A stretch of 64,000 nt of DNA from Octopus bimaculoides (taxonomy: Eukaryota). Below the pieces are notes generated by a model. That model ran no database searches. It was not told the origin of the DNA and saw only the letters and a program-made list of their open reading frames with translations. Shown one piece after another: positions 49,631-62,249 of this stretch (within the stretch, counting starts at the first letter, position 1; each line of letters starts with the position of its first letter). The position numbers and the translations under genes are program-made. The DNA lies in the NCBI RefSeq assembly GCF_001194135.2, contig NC_068992.1:2619078-2683077 (forward strand), written 5' to 3'.

Positions 49631-49913
49631 TTTCTCACTTCCTGAGCATTAAACTAATACATTTGTTTGTTGTTTACACACCCATCTTCGTCTTTTGTTT
49701 TTTGTAAATTCACATTATGTGTGTGTGTGCTTGAAATGGGGAATATAGACAGCTGACAACTGATGAAGGGTCCTTTCTCTGTGTTTACCTGTCCTGTGTT
49801 CCATTTTTTCTCGTTGCTTACGTATTTCACTCATTTTTCCCTCGTTTGTTTATGTATTTCATGTTATTTGCACTGCTGGTGACGTCCTGTACTCATATAT
49901 GCATGTATATATA

Positions 49914-49946
<33 letters not shown>

Positions 49947-50228
49947 GATTTAGGTGAATAAGGCACTTAAATGGTAAGGCACCAGGTTGAGTCAAAATTA
50001 AAAATGCATACACAGCAACTACAGACAAATAATACAAATGTTGGTACGGAAGTAAAGACAGAAAGATATTCAGGCTGTGTATACAATTAATTGAACCCAA
50101 CTGAGAATATTATCAGAAATGCACATTGTATTAAATGTACGCTCCATAATATACTTAGGAACAGACAAAGAGTAGTTTTCAAGGGAGGTGAACTGACACC
50201 TGTCCATCATTTATTATTTATATATGTG

Positions 50229-50260
<32 letters not shown>

Positions 50261-50407
50261 TGTACTGGACAGATATATTATTTTTACACCTTTTTACCAT
50301 AAGAGAGAATTTTTTTCTCCACTGTAACTGTGAGTCAATTTATCTTTAGAAGTTGAAGTATGTGACAAACATATTTTAACATACATGTATATAAATACAT
50401 ATACGTC

Positions 50408-50439
<32 letters not shown>

Positions 50440-50713
50440 TATCTTTATGTATACAATTGTACATATATGTGCACATACGCACAAATGTAAACAGATATAT
50501 ACTAATGCGGCAAACAAAAGGTGGCATGATGTATTTGGTACAACCTACCAAGACCAATGTAGTGAGGCTGATGTAATTGAGTAAATCCTTGAAAGGAAGG
50601 AGGTGCTCCAGCATGGCTGCTGTCCAATATCTGAAATCAGTGAAAGCAATGATAAAAAAATGTAAAAAAGAATAGTCTCTGGGGTGGGTGAAGTAATGCA
50701 TAATCATGAGCAC

Positions 50714-51192
50714 AGAAGGATCAGTTAATTATGATTTTATTCAACATAATCCCTTCTCAAATTCACACACTTATTGCAGGGGTCCTTCAGTTTTTCTAAG
50801 CCCTGTAAAAGAACTCAGAAGGTCGGGATGCTAACCTGACTTTTGCAATACCCAGGAAGTTTTCAGCACCCACTTTATATACATGCATATANNNNNNNNN
50901 NNNNNNNNNNNNNNNNNNNNNNNNNNNNNNNNNNNNNNNNNNNNNNNNNNNNNNNNNNNNNNNNNNNNNNNNNNNNNNNNNNNNNNNNNNNNNNNNNNNN
51001 NNNNNNNNNNNNNNNNNNNNNNNNNNNNNNNNNNNNTATGATTTCATTCAACATATTCCCCTCTCAGATTCACACACTTAGTACAGTGGTCCTTCAGTTT
51101 TTCTAAGCCCTATGAAAAGAACTCAGAAAGTTGGGCCTCCAAACAGGCCTTTCATGATACCCTTAAAGTCAGGAACTTTTCAGCATCCCTTC

Positions 51193-51195
<3 letters not shown>
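50714..51195 (-). mobile_element. two partial mariner MITE copies (50714-50880, 51037-51195) flanking a gap
   Basis: GGTCCTTCAGTTTTTCTAAGCCCT..AAGAACTCAGAA..GGAA(G/C)TTTTCAGCA(C/T)CC, homologous to 46105-46321. Confidence 0.8.
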
Positions 51196-51231
<36 letters not shown>

Positions 51232-51232
51232 T

Positions 51233-51270
<38 letters not shown>

Positions 51271-52614
51271 CAGAGTGTTTGACCACATAAACACATGTGT
51301 GCATGTATTCAACAATGCTCTTACTTTGCTAGCAAGGAATAACTGCAGTAATGTTTCAGTCTATTAAACAATAAAGTCTAGTTTCCCTTTACCTGGAAAC
51401 AAAGATTACACATACTCTCCCTCTCTCTGCTCCCCAAACGTAAATTAACTGAAAGAGGAGTTCTCATTTCATGAAATTATCTCCCCTTTTCTTTAAGTGT
51501 CGCAAAATTTTGTTGTTAGGTTTTTGTTTCTTTCCGCTAAGTCTAACGGAATCTTCAATCATTTTAAGACTATTTTGACTATGGCATTCAGTACAACCCC
51601 CACTAGCACTTTTCTAAGATATTTTTATTGTTTTGGGAACGAAAAGTAATTAGAAATCACGTTTCCTCTGTATCTTCTTTGCTATCTATTTTCAATTAAA
51701 GAACTTCCATAATAGAAATTATTTTCATGTTTAATATTTATTTGGTGGAGGAGAAGAAAAGAACAAAAGCAGAAGAGATACGTGTGTACACAGGAAAAAA
51801 AAAAGAATTTTTATTAATATTTCATAGTTTTCATTTTTGTAAACAAATTTTGTACCAAAGTCTCCTTTAGATTCCATCAACAGTTCGCTAGCCATACTTT
51901 CTACTTACTTTCTACATAGCTCTGTAGCAAAGGAAACTCAATTATTTCTATGTTGATTAGGGTTCTTAGTACGTGTCATAGTATTTGAAACCATTTCATC
52001 CTGGAATGGTTTCTAGCATTAAAACTGTTTCCTTGGCAAAGACGCTCATATTCTGTAGACTGACATCATAACGGCTGAACCAATTGCCTGTTTCACATAA
52101 AGTTAGAGACTGATATCTTTATGTTTATCCACTTTAAATAAAATAAAATGAAAAAACAGCACTAAATAATATTTCAAGCATTCAGCTCTCTACCGTTGCT
52201 AATTTATTGTTTCTGTCTACGGTCTAAGTATGTCTTGATAGGAAGTTGTCATGATTCTGGCAGCAGAAGTATTAAAGAAATTTGATGAAGATAGGAAATA
52301 TCTATTGACACACAGCAAAACTAATATGCACTGAATAACCTTAAGTTTTTATACTGATAAAGCCAAATGATACTAATTAATAAATGCGCTTCCGGCAAAG
52401 CCTACTTTTCTACATCTTTGATAAATAAATATCCACAGCTTTAAAATATTTTCATATGATTCACTTTTGTTCTTTGTCTGGGTTGCAGCTGTGCAGCCTG
52501 ACACTATCTCATTGAACTATATTTAAGAATACTCATCACTTGAAAATTATTTCTCACATCAAACATAGCTAATCTTGGTGAGAGAGGCAGTATGTAGGTA
52601 TGTAGGTATGTATG

Positions 52615-52646
<32 letters not shown>

Positions 52647-52851
52647 GTAAATCCCCAAAAAGAATGACAACAAACACAAAAAATCAACAACGCGATGACG
52701 TGGTACATGTAAAGTATTAGCAGACGCNNNNNNNNNNNNNNNNNNNNNNNNNNNNNNNNNNNNNNNNNNNNNNNNNNNNNNNNNNNNNNNNNNNNNNNNN
52801 NNNNNNNNNNNNNNNNNNNNNNNNNNNNNNNNNNNNNNNNNNNNNNNNNNN

Positions 52852-52890
<39 letters not shown>

Positions 52891-53004
52891 CACACACGCA
52901 CACAGACACTGCAAGTGCAGAAATAGATTAATGTGCTTATGCAAATTTACAAATATATCAAATATTTGAGTGTGCTGTCTAGGAGTAAAACCTGCTGCTC
53001 AGTT

Positions 53005-53362
53005 TCAATATTGTTTTCAAATTTTGGCACAAAGCCAGAAATTTGGAGGAGGCAGTGCTCAACTGGTCCTTATTTTATCGACCTCAAAGGGAAGAAAGGT
53101 AAATTTGACCTCAGTGGAATTTGAACTCAGAATGTAAAGATGCACTAAATACTGCTGAGTATTTTGCACAGCATGCTAATGATTGCTACCAGCTCACCAC
53201 CTTTGTCAATTACAAACATGGCATCAACCACATGGTTCCAGAGCTTTACATTAACTATCTGTAATTTGATAATAGATACTTTATGTCAACCTCAGCAGAA
53301 TTTGAAACCAGAACTAAGCATTTTGCTCAGTATGCTAACCATTCTGCCACCGCGTCACCTTA
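53005..53362 (-). mobile_element. SINE family C (53005-53203) plus a partial copy (53275-53362)
   Basis: GACCTCAGTGGAATTTGAACTCAGAA..GCATGCTAATGATTGCTACCAGCTCACCACCTT. Confidence 0.8.
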
Positions 53363-53642
53363 AGATTTAAAACCAGACTGACTTAACTGGTCGATAGCTC
53401 ACCTCTGCTCTATCAAGAATAACACAATACAATAGATTCTGTAGAAATGTAAACATTTCAGTTGACATCTCAGAACATTTGACAATATTCAATATTAAAT
53501 ATTTTTCTTTGACAGCATTATTTTTTCATAAATTCTTTGCACTTATTTTTCATACTTTAGCCCAGTGCCTCTCAGCCAGGGTCAATAAGGCCTTTGGGAG
53601 ACCCTATGAGATTTTTGTTGTTAAGATTTATCAGCAATAAAT

Positions 53643-53753
53643 TGGTTAAGCTTGCTTCCCAACCACATGGTTCTGGGTTCAGTCTTGTTACATAGCACCT
53701 TGGCCAAGTGTCTCGGGCTTCCCAAAGCTTTGTGAGAAACTGAAAGAAGCCTG

Positions 53754-53852
<99 letters not shown>

Positions 53853-54070
53853 TGTGTCTGTGTTTGTTTCCCCATCATCGCTTGACAACTGGTGTTGATG
53901 TGTTTGCATCCCCGTAACTTAGCAATACAGAAAAAGGGACCGATAGAATAAGTATCAAGCTTAAAAAAAAAAAAGTACTGTGGTGAATTCATGTGACTAA
54001 AAAAAAAAAATTTTCAAAGTGGTGCCCCAGCATGGCCACAGTCTAATGGCTGAAACAAGTAAAAGATAGA
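53643..54070 (+). mobile_element. SINE family B with long internal (GT)n (53756-53850) and CR1-type tail
   Basis: Tail GTGGTGCCCCAGCATGGCCACAGTCTAATGGCTGAAACAAGTAAAAG. Confidence 0.88.
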
Positions 54071-54074
54071 AAAT

Positions 54075-54203
54075 AAACGATAATTTTTTTCATACAATTC
54101 CTTAATGATATTTAATTATAAAAAGGTAATATAATTTCTTTTAAATACCAAGCAAAGTAGGGGCTAAAGGGGTCCATTAGTAATAAATGGTTGATGAACA
54201 CTG
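54075..54203 (+). mobile_element. partial hAT-type MITE (3' half)
   Basis: ATTCCTTAATGATATTTAATTATAAAAA..GGGGTCCAT..ATGGTTGATGAACACTG is similar to 63480-63618. Confidence 0.5.
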
Positions 54204-55071
54204 AAATAAAGGATGGGAATTTTTTTTCATATACTTTCTTTAAAACTATTTTATCTCTGATAGATATTGACCTTGGAACTAATCAGGTTTAGACAAATAT
54301 TAAAAGAATGTCATGAGTGCTTATTATATTAAGTGAAAAGTAACCTTTCTCTCCTTCTCCATGAAATGGCCATCAATCATTTTAACTATTCATTATATTC
54401 TAAAATATATCCAAAAATATATTCTGAAAATATTATCTTTTAAATTTTCTTTATTAGAAGGGTCAGTCTGATGTTGAAGTTGAGACATTGGCACTATGAC
54501 TGCTTAGTGATTTTAATTGTTTTTTTTTTCTTTTTTAATATTGTAGAAATAATTATTTTAAGCAGAGTAAACATTAGTCTGATGACTTTTATTTAAAATA
54601 AATATTTGATTCTGTTGAAAAATTAATAAAATTATTGAAAATGGGTTAAATGCTTTGTGCTCTAACCATTGGTGCCTTACTATTTGGGTCTTGGAGATTG
54701 TTGAACAATTAAAAAGCCTCTTGTGTCAAATTTGTTTTCATCTCTTTGGATATAGAAAGACAATAACTTTAAAAAGGATGGTGTAAGAGAGACAGATAAT
54801 AAGTGTGTGCATGTGTGTGAGTGCATGCGTGTGTGTGCACATGTGTGTATGTGTGTGTCATTCAACTGGTAACACCTTTTTCTCATCAAACCAGACAGAT
54901 GACTCGTCTGTCGCAGGTAGTAATTTCCATAGACGAGGGAATTAAATCTGTCAATGTTAACCAATAAAATGCTGCAGTATTTGAGCTTACAGCAGTAAAT
55001 TTATGCTACATGTGATCTCCTACATGGACTGCTTTAAAGGAAGGAAATACAAACTGAATTACGTACAATAT

Positions 55072-55355
55072 TGGTATCAAATTTTGCCACAGGACCAGCA
55101 GGGAGAAAGTAAGTCGATTACATCAACCCCAGCATTCAACCGGTATTTATTTTATCGATCCCCAAAAGGAAGAAAGGTAAAGTTAGCCTCAGTGGAATTT
55201 GAACTCACAACATTCAGATGAGTTCAAATTCCACCAACGTTGACTTTGCCTTTCATCCTTTCAGGGTCAATAAATTAAGTACCAGTTGCATACTGGAGTC
55301 AATCTAATTGACTGACCCCCTCCCCCAAAACTTACAGCCTTGTGCCTAGAGTAGA
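55072..55355. mobile_element. head-to-head foldback of two 5'-truncated SINE C copies
   Basis: GGAATTTGAACTCA-caacattcaga-TGAGTTCAAATTCC perfect 14-bp inversion centre. Arms 55072-55208 (minus) and 55220-55355 (plus). Confidence 0.85.
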
Positions 55356-55614
55356 AAAGAATATCAATCTATGTGTGTGTGTGTGTGTGTGTGTTGGATA
55401 ATAAAACAAATGGTTTACACTTGGCAGCTTACTAGTAAAGCATAGGCACAAAGTCGGTTAAAAACCATGAAAAGTAAAAATCCATTAAATACCTACCTAC
55501 GGCCATTTCAGAAAATATTAAGGGGCTGTAGGAATATCAAGGGGCTGTAGCACAAAAAAAAACAAAAAACAGCTGCACTATACATGGGGTATTGTCTCCA
55601 TTAAAAATTCTCTT

Positions 55615-55678
<64 letters not shown>

Positions 55679-55689
55679 GTGTGTGTGTG

Positions 55690-55920
55690 TGTCTTTGTAT
55701 CAGTGTTTGTCCACAACCACTGCTTGACAACCAGTGTTAATGTGTTTACACCCCACCCCCATGACTTAGCAGTTTAGCATGCAAAAGAGAGATTGATAGA
55801 ATAGGCAGCAGGCTTTAAAGTAATATAAGTACTAGCATCGATCCATTCGACTAAAAATTCTTCGAGGCAGTGCTCCAGTATGGCCGCAATCTAACGACTG
55901 AAACAAGGAAGAGATAAAAC
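55690..55920 (+). mobile_element. SINE family B 3' half
   Basis: GCTTGACAACC..GATAGAATAG..CGACTAAAAATTCTTCGAGGCAGTGCTCCAGTATGGCCGC. Confidence 0.8.
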
Positions 55921-57079
55921 ACAATAGATATAAGCAACTCCAGTCTGGTCAGTCCCATCCAAATATCTCCGCTTTCTCTTCTCCCCAAACCTTACCATTA
56001 ACAATATTTTAATCACTGTATTAAGCCAACCAGTTTCCAAAATTTGATGGACCAATAAAAATAATAGACGCCGCTTCCCATCACTACACTAATGAGCAAA
56101 ATCTCATTTTACCCTAAAATATAGAATTTTTAATCTGCTTAGATGAAATATTTTCTTTCTTTTATATATATATATATATGTATATATTTTCTTATTATTT
56201 AACATATTTATTCTCTTCTAAAGTGAAACCCCTTTTTAAATTCCTTGCTAATGACAAATAAAGCTAGAAAAATCAATATAAAGAGTGAGTAATAATTCCT
56301 TTGTTTTCAGATTTAATGTTATATAAAACTGTTTTAATATCCAACCGAAACTGTAAAAGATTAAGAAATGTTATATAACATAACATTTAAAGTCGGTTAA
56401 ATCCATGAGATAAGGGAAGTAACTCTAAATGTTAGTTAACTGTTTCGGTTCTGACAGTAAAATATATGGCTTTAAAAATTGTCTGAAGTGAGTTTTAAGT
56501 ACAGAGGAGTGGGGGGGGGATAGGGAAGAGGAGAGCTGCACAGTTATAATGCTGATAACACCGCCACCTACAACAACAACAACAACAACAACAATCAGTT
56601 TAATCTTTCCCGATTTTTTGAATAACATCTTTGATGACAGCTTTTTTAATGAGATGTTAAATGCGATAATAAACAGCGTCTGATTTACGTCAGTTGCAGA
56701 TTTCAGGTGTTGCGCATTTCAACTAATACTTTCTTACCTCTCATCACTGTAGGCCTACGTCTCAGTGTGTGTGTGTGAGAGAGAGAGAGAGACAGAGGGA
56801 GAGACAGAGAGAGACTAGCAACAACAAAAAGAAAAGGAAAAAACAAGCAAAAACACTTGAAAGACATGAAGGAAATTAAACCAAAGACCCTAGTAATGAG
56901 AATAAGTAATGGCAACGGAAATGGATTGAAATAATTATAAGAATTGATAACAATTTACTTTAAAAGATAAGGGTGACGGGGTGGGGATAAAATGTCACCA
57001 ATCATATCAGAGACATTTGATGGAAGACTTTGATGGATAATAGTGTATGTGATTATTAATAATAGTATCAATTATTACT

Positions 57080-57264
<185 letters not shown>

Positions 57265-57284
57265 TATTATTGTTGTTGTTATGC

Positions 57285-57327
<43 letters not shown>

Positions 57328-57330
<3 letters not shown>

Positions 57331-57825
57331 GGTGAGCTAGCAGAATCGTTAGCACGCTGGGCAGAATGCTGAGTGGCATTTTGTCTGTCTTTACGTTCTG
57401 AGTTCAAATTCTGCTCAGGTCAGCTTTGTTTTTTCATCCTTTCAGTACCAATAAATTAAGCTTCAGCTGAGTATTGGGGGCCGATGTAATCGAATTTGCC
57501 CTTCCCCTGAAATATCAGGCCTTGTGCCTTTTGTAGAAAGGATTATTATTATTATCATTATTATTACTTTTATTATTATTAAGGCGGTGAGCTGGCAGAA
57601 ACATTAGCATGCCGGTTAAAATGCTTTGCTGTATTTTGCCTATCGTCTTTATGTATTTCTTCTGTCTTTATGTTCTGAGTTCAAATTCCACCGAGGTCGA
57701 CTTTGTCTTTCATCGTTTTGGGGTCAATAAATTAAGTACCATTCAAACACTGGGGTCGATGTAATCAACTGGTCCCCTCCCCACAAATCTGTAGCAATGT
57801 ACCTCCAGTAGAAAGGATTTATTAT
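57328..57825 (+). mobile_element. two tandem SINE family C copies (57328-57545, 57582-57825), each ending in (ATT)n
   Basis: AAGG(T/CG)GAGCT(A/G)GCAGAA..GAGTTCAAATTC..GGGG(C/T)CGATGTAATC..GTAGAAAGGATT(ATT)n. Confidence 0.88.
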
Positions 57826-57836
57826 TATTATTGTTG

Positions 57837-57886
<50 letters not shown>

Positions 57887-57914
57887 ATTATTATCATTAT
57901 TAATATTATTGTCA

Positions 57915-57950
<36 letters not shown>

Positions 57951-57952
<2 letters not shown>

Positions 57953-58121
57953 AACAACATCGAAAATATTTTAGGAATGAGAACCCAGGTTCAAAATTCC
58001 TCCAGGACACCTGATGAAGGCTGGAGGGTATATCAGCCGAAACATCGTTAACAAGATGAGGACAAATATCCGTCAAATGTAAATAATGTACATAATTCCT
58101 CATCTCGCAAATATAGAACTG
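57951..58121 (+). mobile_element. PLE terminal-repeat unit without tRNA module (hammerhead core intact, stem I 3' strand deleted)
   Basis: GACAC CTGATGA AGGCTG GAGGGTATAT CAGCC GAAAC ATC GTTAAC, ending AAATATAGAACTG. Confidence 0.88.
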
Positions 58122-58179
58122 CAGAATGTAAGTTGTTGGATCCTGATACACGTAAACTGACAAGAGAGTCTATCATATA

Positions 58180-58397
58180 CACAAGGAAGTACTAAAAAGT
58201 TCCTGGGTGTAAAGGCCTCACGAAAAGCCTGGCTGGAGGCCCAATCTTCCAAGTTCATTTAGAGGCTTAGAAAAGCTGAAGGACAATTACAGTAAGTGTA
58301 TGAATCTGAGAAGGGAATTATTCTTAATAAAACCATAATTAAATGATCCTCTTGTATTTTCTTTCACCCAAAACCAGGAACTTTTCAGCCCCCCCAC
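58180..58397 (+). mobile_element. mariner-derived MITE
   Basis: AAAAAGTTCCTGGG..CTGGCTGGAGG..AAAACCAGGAACTTTTCAGCCCCCC, colinear with 46105-46321. Confidence 0.82.
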
Positions 58398-58436
58398 CCA
58401 TGTGTGTGTGTATGTGTGTGCGTGTGTGTGTGTGCA

Positions 58437-58509
<73 letters not shown>

Positions 58510-58632
58510 TGAGTGCAACTTTCATTTCTTGTAAGGACACCATTTGTCTTTTCATTTATTCTATTATCTATTCATCTGTCCATCAATCAAACAATTCAAG
58601 CAACCAGCTATTTATGTGTGTGTGTATGAATG

Positions 58633-58672
<40 letters not shown>

Positions 58673-59062
58673 CATATACACAGGCAGGGCAGTGTGTCAT
58701 AGAAGTTCATTTCACAACCACACAATTTAACAATAATCTCACAGCATGGCACTTTGTGCCAGTGTCTTCTACTTATAGCCTCAAGCTGACTAAAGCCATT
58801 TCAGTAAAATGTGTGTGTTTTTGTCGTTCTGTATCTTCTCATTGAATCTCAACCTTATACAGCAATGTTTGGTCACTTATTGGTTTTTCAACAAGTGAGG
58901 GATTTCTTATTCTCCACATTCTAAAGTGAGAAGATGCTTTCCATTATTTTTTTTTTTCCACTGGTATGTTAGCAGTAATGCTAACACTAACTGTATACGA
59001 CAATATTCTATAAGCAATCACAGATCTAAGCAGACACAGACACACGTTTTTATATGTCTGTA

Positions 59063-59230
59063 TGCAGGCGCGGTTGTGTGGTAAGATGCTTGCTTCCTAA
59101 CCACATGGTTCCAGGTTCAGTCCCACTGTGTGGCACCTTGCGCAAGTGTCTTCTACTATAGCCTTGAGCCGACCAAAGCCTTGTGAGTGGATTTGGTAGA
59201 TGGAAACTGAAAGAAGCTTGTTGTGTGTGT

Positions 59231-59233
<3 letters not shown>
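59063..59233 (+). mobile_element. SINE family B 5' half (runs into (TA)n and a gap)
   Basis: GCAGGCGCGGTTGTGTGGTAAG..GGTTCAGTCCCACTG..GGCACCTTGCGCAAG..GCCGACCAAAGCCTTGTGAGTGGATTTGGTAGATGGAAACTGAAAGAAG. Confidence 0.9.
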
Positions 59234-59266
<33 letters not shown>

Positions 59267-59641
59267 NNNNNNNNNNNNNNNNNNNNNNNNNNNNNNNNNN
59301 NNNNNNNNNNNNNNNNNNNNNNNNNNNNNNNNNNNNNNNNNNNNNNNNNNNNNNNNNNNNNNNNNNNNNNNNNNNNNNNNNNNNNNNNNNNNNNNNNNNN
59401 NNNNNNNNNNNNNNNNNNNNNNNNNNNNNNNNNNNNNNNNNNNNNNNNNNNNNNNNNNNNNNNNNNNNNNNNNNNNNNNNNNNNNNNNNNNNNNNNNNNN
59501 NNNNNNNNNNNNNNNNNNNNNNNNNNNNNNNNNNNNNNNNNNNNNNNNNNNNNNNNNNNNNNNNNNNNNNNNNNNNNNNNNNNNNNNNNNNNNNNNNNNN
59601 NNNNNNNNNNNNNNNNNNNNNNNNNNNNNNNNNNNNNNNNN

Positions 59642-59691
<50 letters not shown>

Positions 59692-60648
59692 TATATGTGT
59701 GTGTATATATACATTATATATGTGTGTGTATATATATATAGGCTGATTGCTTCTGGCTAGAAAAAGAGAGGAGGGAGATAGGAAAAGTCATAGAGGTAGA
59801 TTCATATTTTTGGCTTCCCTTAACCAAGTTTTATTAAAAATGTCACTATATTTGTGTTTAACATTTTTATGAAGGAATTTTCACATTTCTGCATTAATGC
59901 CCTATGTTTTTGTTTGGAACCATAAATTTCTTCGTTCCATTGATGTTTAAAGATCTTCCTGTTGTTGCTCTTATTGTTGTCAGTGAGTATCACATTGGTA
60001 CATTGGTATGTCTGTGGCTCATTTGTTGCTTCAGATCTTTAAATTTTCCAGTCATCAATGTTCATATTTCTCTCGGCAAACAAGCAAATAATGTCTGATC
60101 TTAGTTTATTGCTAAAATACACCATGTTGAAAGTTGCTTCGTATAATGCTATTAATATAGCTTTCAGGACTAATCTTTTAGGTTTATGTTATTCTATATA
60201 AGAAATTTGTATCATCAACTAATGTTTCTCTATCTTGTTCTGCTTTCTATTGGGTAATATAATGTGTTTCAGTGGCATCTTCTTGTAAATGCATAGTAGG
60301 TTGGTGAAAATAGGTCATATTTGTATGTCTAATGTAAACATTAGTCATAAAATTTACACCTTTTGTGTTTACATATGAATTTATAAATCACATTAGTCAT
60401 CAGAAATACCTTTTTGTTGTTGAAGAAGAGTTTTTTTTTAATTTTAGTGTTTTTGGTATGTATCTTTATTGCTAATTTATGATTAGGTATTGTACATATT
60501 GTGGTTTGTTTAGCTGAGATCAATGAGTTATAAAAAGATATTTATGAAGGGAGAAGCATTTAAAGAACGGGTTTGAAGATATCAGCATTGTCAGTGAAGA
60601 TATGTTGTTAGCAAAAGGATATTGAGGACTACTCTGTGTGTGTGTGCA

Positions 60649-60679
<31 letters not shown>

Positions 60680-61019
60680 TAGATGAATGAAGCTTTCATT
60701 TCATGTAAGGACACCATTTGTGTTTTCGTTATTCTCTTATCTATTCATCTGTCTATCTATTAAACAATCCAAGCAACCAACTGTTTATATGAATATTTGA
60801 TGACTGGAAAGTTTAAATATCTGAAACAACAAATGAACCACAGATTTTCCCAGTGAACTTGTGATACTCACTGACAACAACAAAGAGTAACAGAAAGAAA
60901 ACCTTTAGAAGTTCATTTCACAACCACACGATTTAACATTAATCTCACAGCATGGCATCTTGAGCCAGTGTCTTCTACTATAGACTCAAGCCATTTCAGT
61001 GAAATACAGCAATGATGTT

Positions 61020-61465
61020 TGATTATACATCTGGAAGGTCCTCGAAGGACTTGTCCCAAACTTTGGCATCGAAAGTTACACAAATAAAAAAAAATGGACG
61101 CCACTGCATAGTACCAAGGACTCCAAATTTGCCATCAAGATGTAGGACGTAGGACAAGATACTGCAATAGCCTGGGCTTCAGGGGTCCACAGCTCTTCAA
61201 TATCCTCCCGAAGGACCTTAGAGACCTGCACGGGGTGGATGTAGGTATCTTCAAAATAAAGCTGGACCTCTTCCTGTCAAGTGTCCCAGATGAACCAGCT
61301 TCGCGGCAGGAGGTGCAGATGAGGGCAGCTGAATCAAACTCTCTCATGCACCAAATGTCAATTCCTGAAAAGCATTCGTGAAGTAAAATTATGTAGCAAC
61401 ACCAAATGGTGGTGCCCCAGCATGGCCACAGCTCATGAGCTGAAACTAGATAAAATGAATGAAAA
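61020..61465 (+). mobile_element. CR1-clade LINE 3' end (ORF2 C-terminus plus 3' tail)
   Basis: YIWKVLEGLVPNFGIESY..NGRHCIVP, then (after a 7-nt duplication) RYCNSLGFRGPQLFNILPKDLRDLHGVDVGIFKIKLDLFLSSVPDEP..HS* (stop 61379-61381). Tail GGTGGTGCCCCAGCATGGCCACAG. Confidence 0.88.
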
Positions 61466-61979
61466 AAAAATGAAAATGATATACATAACGTCCCATTGAT
61501 CAGCTGTTTTCATGCCATGAGACAAGACAGGATGATTTGATCATCCAGTAAATGACATATTTAACACTAATTCTGAAAGTTAAGACTGTACAGAGTCCAC
61601 TTGGCATGCTCAGTGCTATGAAATAGATAAGAGACATGCTTTCACAATTATGGCAGGGTCTGTCTTCCTTCATTTTTCATTCTGTCTTGAATTCCACTTG
61701 TTGACATCTGATAAATAAATGCATAACTATATAGCTGTGTGTGTTATGATTTATACTTTAAGATATTATAATTGTTTCAGTTATAATATATATGTATATT
61801 CATGTGTGTTTATATACATGCGCGTATGCATGTGTGTGTGTGTTGTTTGTTAGTGCTTGTTTTTATGTTCAGCTATAATAAAAACTACTTTATTTTAATC
61901 TGATGGGCTACTCCATCTGTTGGATACAAATTTTTGCTGGATACAAAATTTTGTTGAATACAAATTCCTAAAACAAGAA

Positions 61980-62025
61980 TACATTATTTACATTTGATGG
62001 ATATTTGTCCTCATCTTGTTTGTTG
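61980..62025 (-). mobile_element. short PLE tail fragment
   Basis: TACATTATTTACATTTGATGGATATTTGTCCTCATCTTGTTTGTTG. Confidence 0.8.
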
Positions 62026-62194
62026 GCATGGATTTTCTCAAACCCAAGATCCTTGTGGAACTTCTTCTGACCATCATGTTCTTCATTACATTCCTCTACG
62101 AACCAGAAACACTTGTAAAGACTAAGAATGGTTCAACTTTGAATTGGTTCAGAGGCTTTTACTGATTTGTTTAACCAAGCATGCATGTATATCT

Positions 62195-62196
62195 CT

Positions 62197-62249
<53 letters not shown>

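Noticed and set aside
49755-49800. CTGATGAAGGG as a hammerhead start (similarly 13775, 16952, 45570, 54582)
   Set aside because: No closing stem II followed by GAAA and NUH. The 7-mer alone is expected by chance.
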